Shown here one piece after another: positions 62,078 through 64,000 of a stretch of 64,000 bases of DNA. Location of the stretch: NCBI GenBank assembly GCA_964234715.1, contig OZ174280.1; one strand, 5' to 3'. The position numbers and the translations under genes were made by a program. The notes beneath the pieces are model-generated. The model worked only from the letters and a program-made list of their open reading frames with translations, was not told where the DNA came from and did no database searches. Position 1 is the stretch's first letter. Each line of letters begins with the position of its first letter. The stretch comes from Podarcis melisellensis. Its lineage: Eukaryota.

Positions 62078-63999
62078 TCCATCCCCCCCTCGAAGCCCCC
62101 CCTTCCCCCCTCCCGCTCGCCGGGGACCGGTTGTGGAAACTGCGGCTCTTCGGGGGTAGGCTCAGGATACAGGTCGTCTACGTCAATGTTCTCTGCTGGC
62201 AGTTCTGTGTAAGTGTATTCGAAGTCGGGTTCTTCCCCCAAATGCTTCTCAGTCTCTGCTTCCATCGCTACTTCCTCCGGTGCTGCCCGCCAAGGACCTA
62301 TCAGCCACCTCTTACGCCATTCCTCCTCTGGCTGCTCCTCCCACCAATAAGGGGTTTCCGTGTCCACCCCCGAGCACGATCCCCTGGGCGGGCTTGATTC
62401 TGGTGTTCTTTCCTCGGGGGAAGAGAAACCCCTGAACGTGCTATCTGACAATGTGGGTGTGAAAAGCCAGTCATCAAAGTACTCAGCTGGCATGGGTCTA
62501 TGTGGGAAAAGTGCATGGAACTCTTCTTTCAAAAGGGGTTCGTCTAACTCGTAGCCTGGCACCCAACTATTAGCAGCGGCTGGTGTGCCCTCCCTGGCGA
62601 GAAAATATTCAACTCCCTCCTCCCCCCATCTCGAGTCCAGTATCTCTGTGACCTCGTTAAGAGGTCCTGGTCTTGGCGATTCCCCCCTCTCAGGCGCCCT
62701 CCTACGTGGCTCTGGGGGTGCTCCTGACTCTTGAAACCTGTGTGGGGTTTTGTAGGGAGTGAGCACCGACCTATGAAAGACCGGGTGCACCCTGGAACCT
62801 TCCGGAAGGGCTAGACGAAAAGCCACCGGATTGATTTTAGCCTCAACTTGATATGGCCCTAGCTGCCTGTGTCCTAACTTCTTCTTGGCCAATGACCTGG
62901 CCGGCATCGCGTGGGCTGCTAACCACACCCAGTCCCCAACCTGGATGTCCTCTCCCGCCCTCCTGTGCTTATCGGCCTGCACCTTATACGCCTGTTTTGC
63001 CAGCTCCAAATGTCTCCGCAGCTCCTCGTGCACCTCTTGCAACTCCGCTGCAAACTGGTCGGCATCTTGAGGCCCCCCCCCTCCTGGTGCCGCAAATCTC
63101 GGGAAGGTTCTGGGATGACGGCCATTGTTCGCGAAGAAAGGCGTCACCCCGGTGGAAGCGTGTTTCGTGTTGTTGTAGGCGAATTCAGCCATCGGCAGAT
63201 AGTCCACCCACGCCGCAGGTCGCTGGTTGGCGTAGCACCGCAGGTACTGCTGCATGATCGCGTTGACCCTCTCCGCTTGACCGTTGGTTTGTGGATGCCT
63301 CGCCGATGTCAGGTTGATTTTGACGTGCAAGATGCCCAGAAGCTTTCGCCAAAAAGTGGAAACAAACTGGCGCCCCCTGTCGGACAAGACGGACTGCGGA
63401 AGTCCATGCACTCTGAAGACGTGATCGATGAAGAGCTTTGCGGTCTGTTCTGCCGTCGCCACCTTGGCACAAGGGATGAAGTGCGCCATCTTGGTGAACA
63501 AGTCCACCACCACTAACACCGCCGTCTTACCTCTGGAGCTGGGCAGGTCTGTAACAAAGTCCAACGCTACCCTCTCCCATGGTTGCTGCGGTGTCTCCAG
63601 CGGTTCTAGCAATCCCGCCTGCTTCTGGTGCACTGGTTTGGACCTCTGGCAGATATCACACCTGGCGACGTAGTCCGCCACCTCTCCTCTCATCTGGGGC
63701 CACCAAAAGTCTCTAGCCACCAACTCCATCGTCTTCTCTTTGCCGAAATGGCCTGCACTAGGGGCGTCATGCAACTGTTGCAGAACCTTGGCTCGAAGAT
63801 CGTCGGTGGGCACGTAAAGGGCACCCTTACGAGTCAAAAGTCCATCTTGTAATTGAAACTCATCGTTGTGTCGCGACCCTCCGCGTAGCTCCTCCATCTT
63901 AGACTGTGCAAACTGATCCCTTTGCAACGCGCGTCGCACCGCGTCCAGGTCGACTGCGATGGTAGCGCACGTCCACGCCTGCGGTGCGAAAATGTGCTT
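61441..63999 (-). CDS. Gypsy pol C-terminal part: integrase, chromodomain and acidic/basic extension
   Basis: Uninterrupted 832-aa ORF in the track; the frame stays open to the window edge. Confidence 0.9.
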   Translation of the reverse strand, partial: KHIFAPQAWTCATIAVDLDAVRRALQRDQFAQSKMEELRGGSRHNDEFQLQDGLLTRKGALYVPTDDLRAKVLQQLHDAPSAGHFGKEKTMELVARDFWWPQMRGEVADYVARCDICQRSKPVHQKQAGLLEPLETPQQPWERVALDFVTDLPSSRGKTAVLVVVDLFTKMAHFIPCAKVATAEQTAKLFIDHVFRVHGLPQSVLSDRGRQFVSTFWRKLLGILHVKINLTSARHPQTNGQAERVNAIMQQYLRCYANQRPAAWVDYLPMAEFAYNNTKHASTGVTPFFANNGRHPRTFPRFAAPGGGGPQDADQFAAELQEVHEELRRHLELAKQAYKVQADKHRRAGEDIQVGDWVWLAAHAMPARSLAKKKLGHRQLGPYQVEAKINPVAFRLALPEGSRVHPVFHRSVLTPYKTPHRFQESGAPPEPRRRAPERGESPRPGPLNEVTEILDSRWGEEGVEYFLAREGTPAAANSWVPGYELDEPLLKEEFHALFPHRPMPAEYFDDWLFTPTLSDSTFRGFSSPEERTPESSPPRGSCSGVDTETPYWWEEQPEEEWRKRWLIGPWRAAPEEVAMEAETEKHLGEEPDFEYTYTELPAENIDVDDLYPEPTPEEPQFPQPVPGEREGGRGGFEGGMDVRVSGREEEMTEETESEWEEGQKDEEEDDGILRESTSLSSESEDSQKGVTLIKQRGGEGRSGEEPSGRQRKQETSQPERSKGGGVVSLSEGAGLGENRERGLEQGVQPERVESRAGGGVAVERKVSSNVRAPSSNVEARGSGESSGEEPGPKARKRGEEAAEDSASGESRREGTQGGRKTLRKRKERKRWSRARLLSWCGRGEESEGTSAV

Positions 64000-64000
64000 T

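Larger units (their letters stand above)
61311..64000 (-). mobile_element. Gypsy/Ty3 chromovirus-type LTR retrotransposon, 3' portion
   Basis: Integrase H2C2 (HDAPSAGH...CDIC), DDE core, GPY motif, chromodomain, PPT and TG...CA LTR. Confidence 0.95.

Noticed and set aside
62853-63852. Antisense ORFs within Gypsy pol
   Set aside because: Expected in GC-rich coding sequence; no recognisable motifs.

Overview
Vertebrate genomic DNA, almost certainly a squamate and probably a lacertid lizard (Sauria SINEs, BovB, Squam-type SINEs). It covers part of the regulators-of-complement-activation (RCA) cluster, with two intron-containing genes on the minus strand. (1) ~37.9 kb to past the left edge: a giant CR1/CR2-like gene with a candidate signal-peptide exon and at least 37 in-frame CCP/sushi modules. 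It has two N-terminal CR1/CD46-type heads, each with the split CCP2 exon, then a stalk of near-perfect 2,228-bp tandem repeats, each encoding 5 CCPs (306 aa). (2) ~41.7-59.7 kb and beyond: a CD46/MCP-like gene with split CCP2, CCP3, CCP4, small STP-like exons, a TM exon and a Cyt2-like GKAD...Y tail. Its upstream intron holds an L1 fragment carrying a Tc1/mariner MITE and a young sense-oriented chromoviral Gypsy element, whose pol ORF reads ~210 codons into its own 3' LTR. Many SINEs, LINE fragments and MITEs have readable TSDs, and there is one 138-N gap. Exon boundaries were derived by hand from splice motifs and phase, without transcript data.
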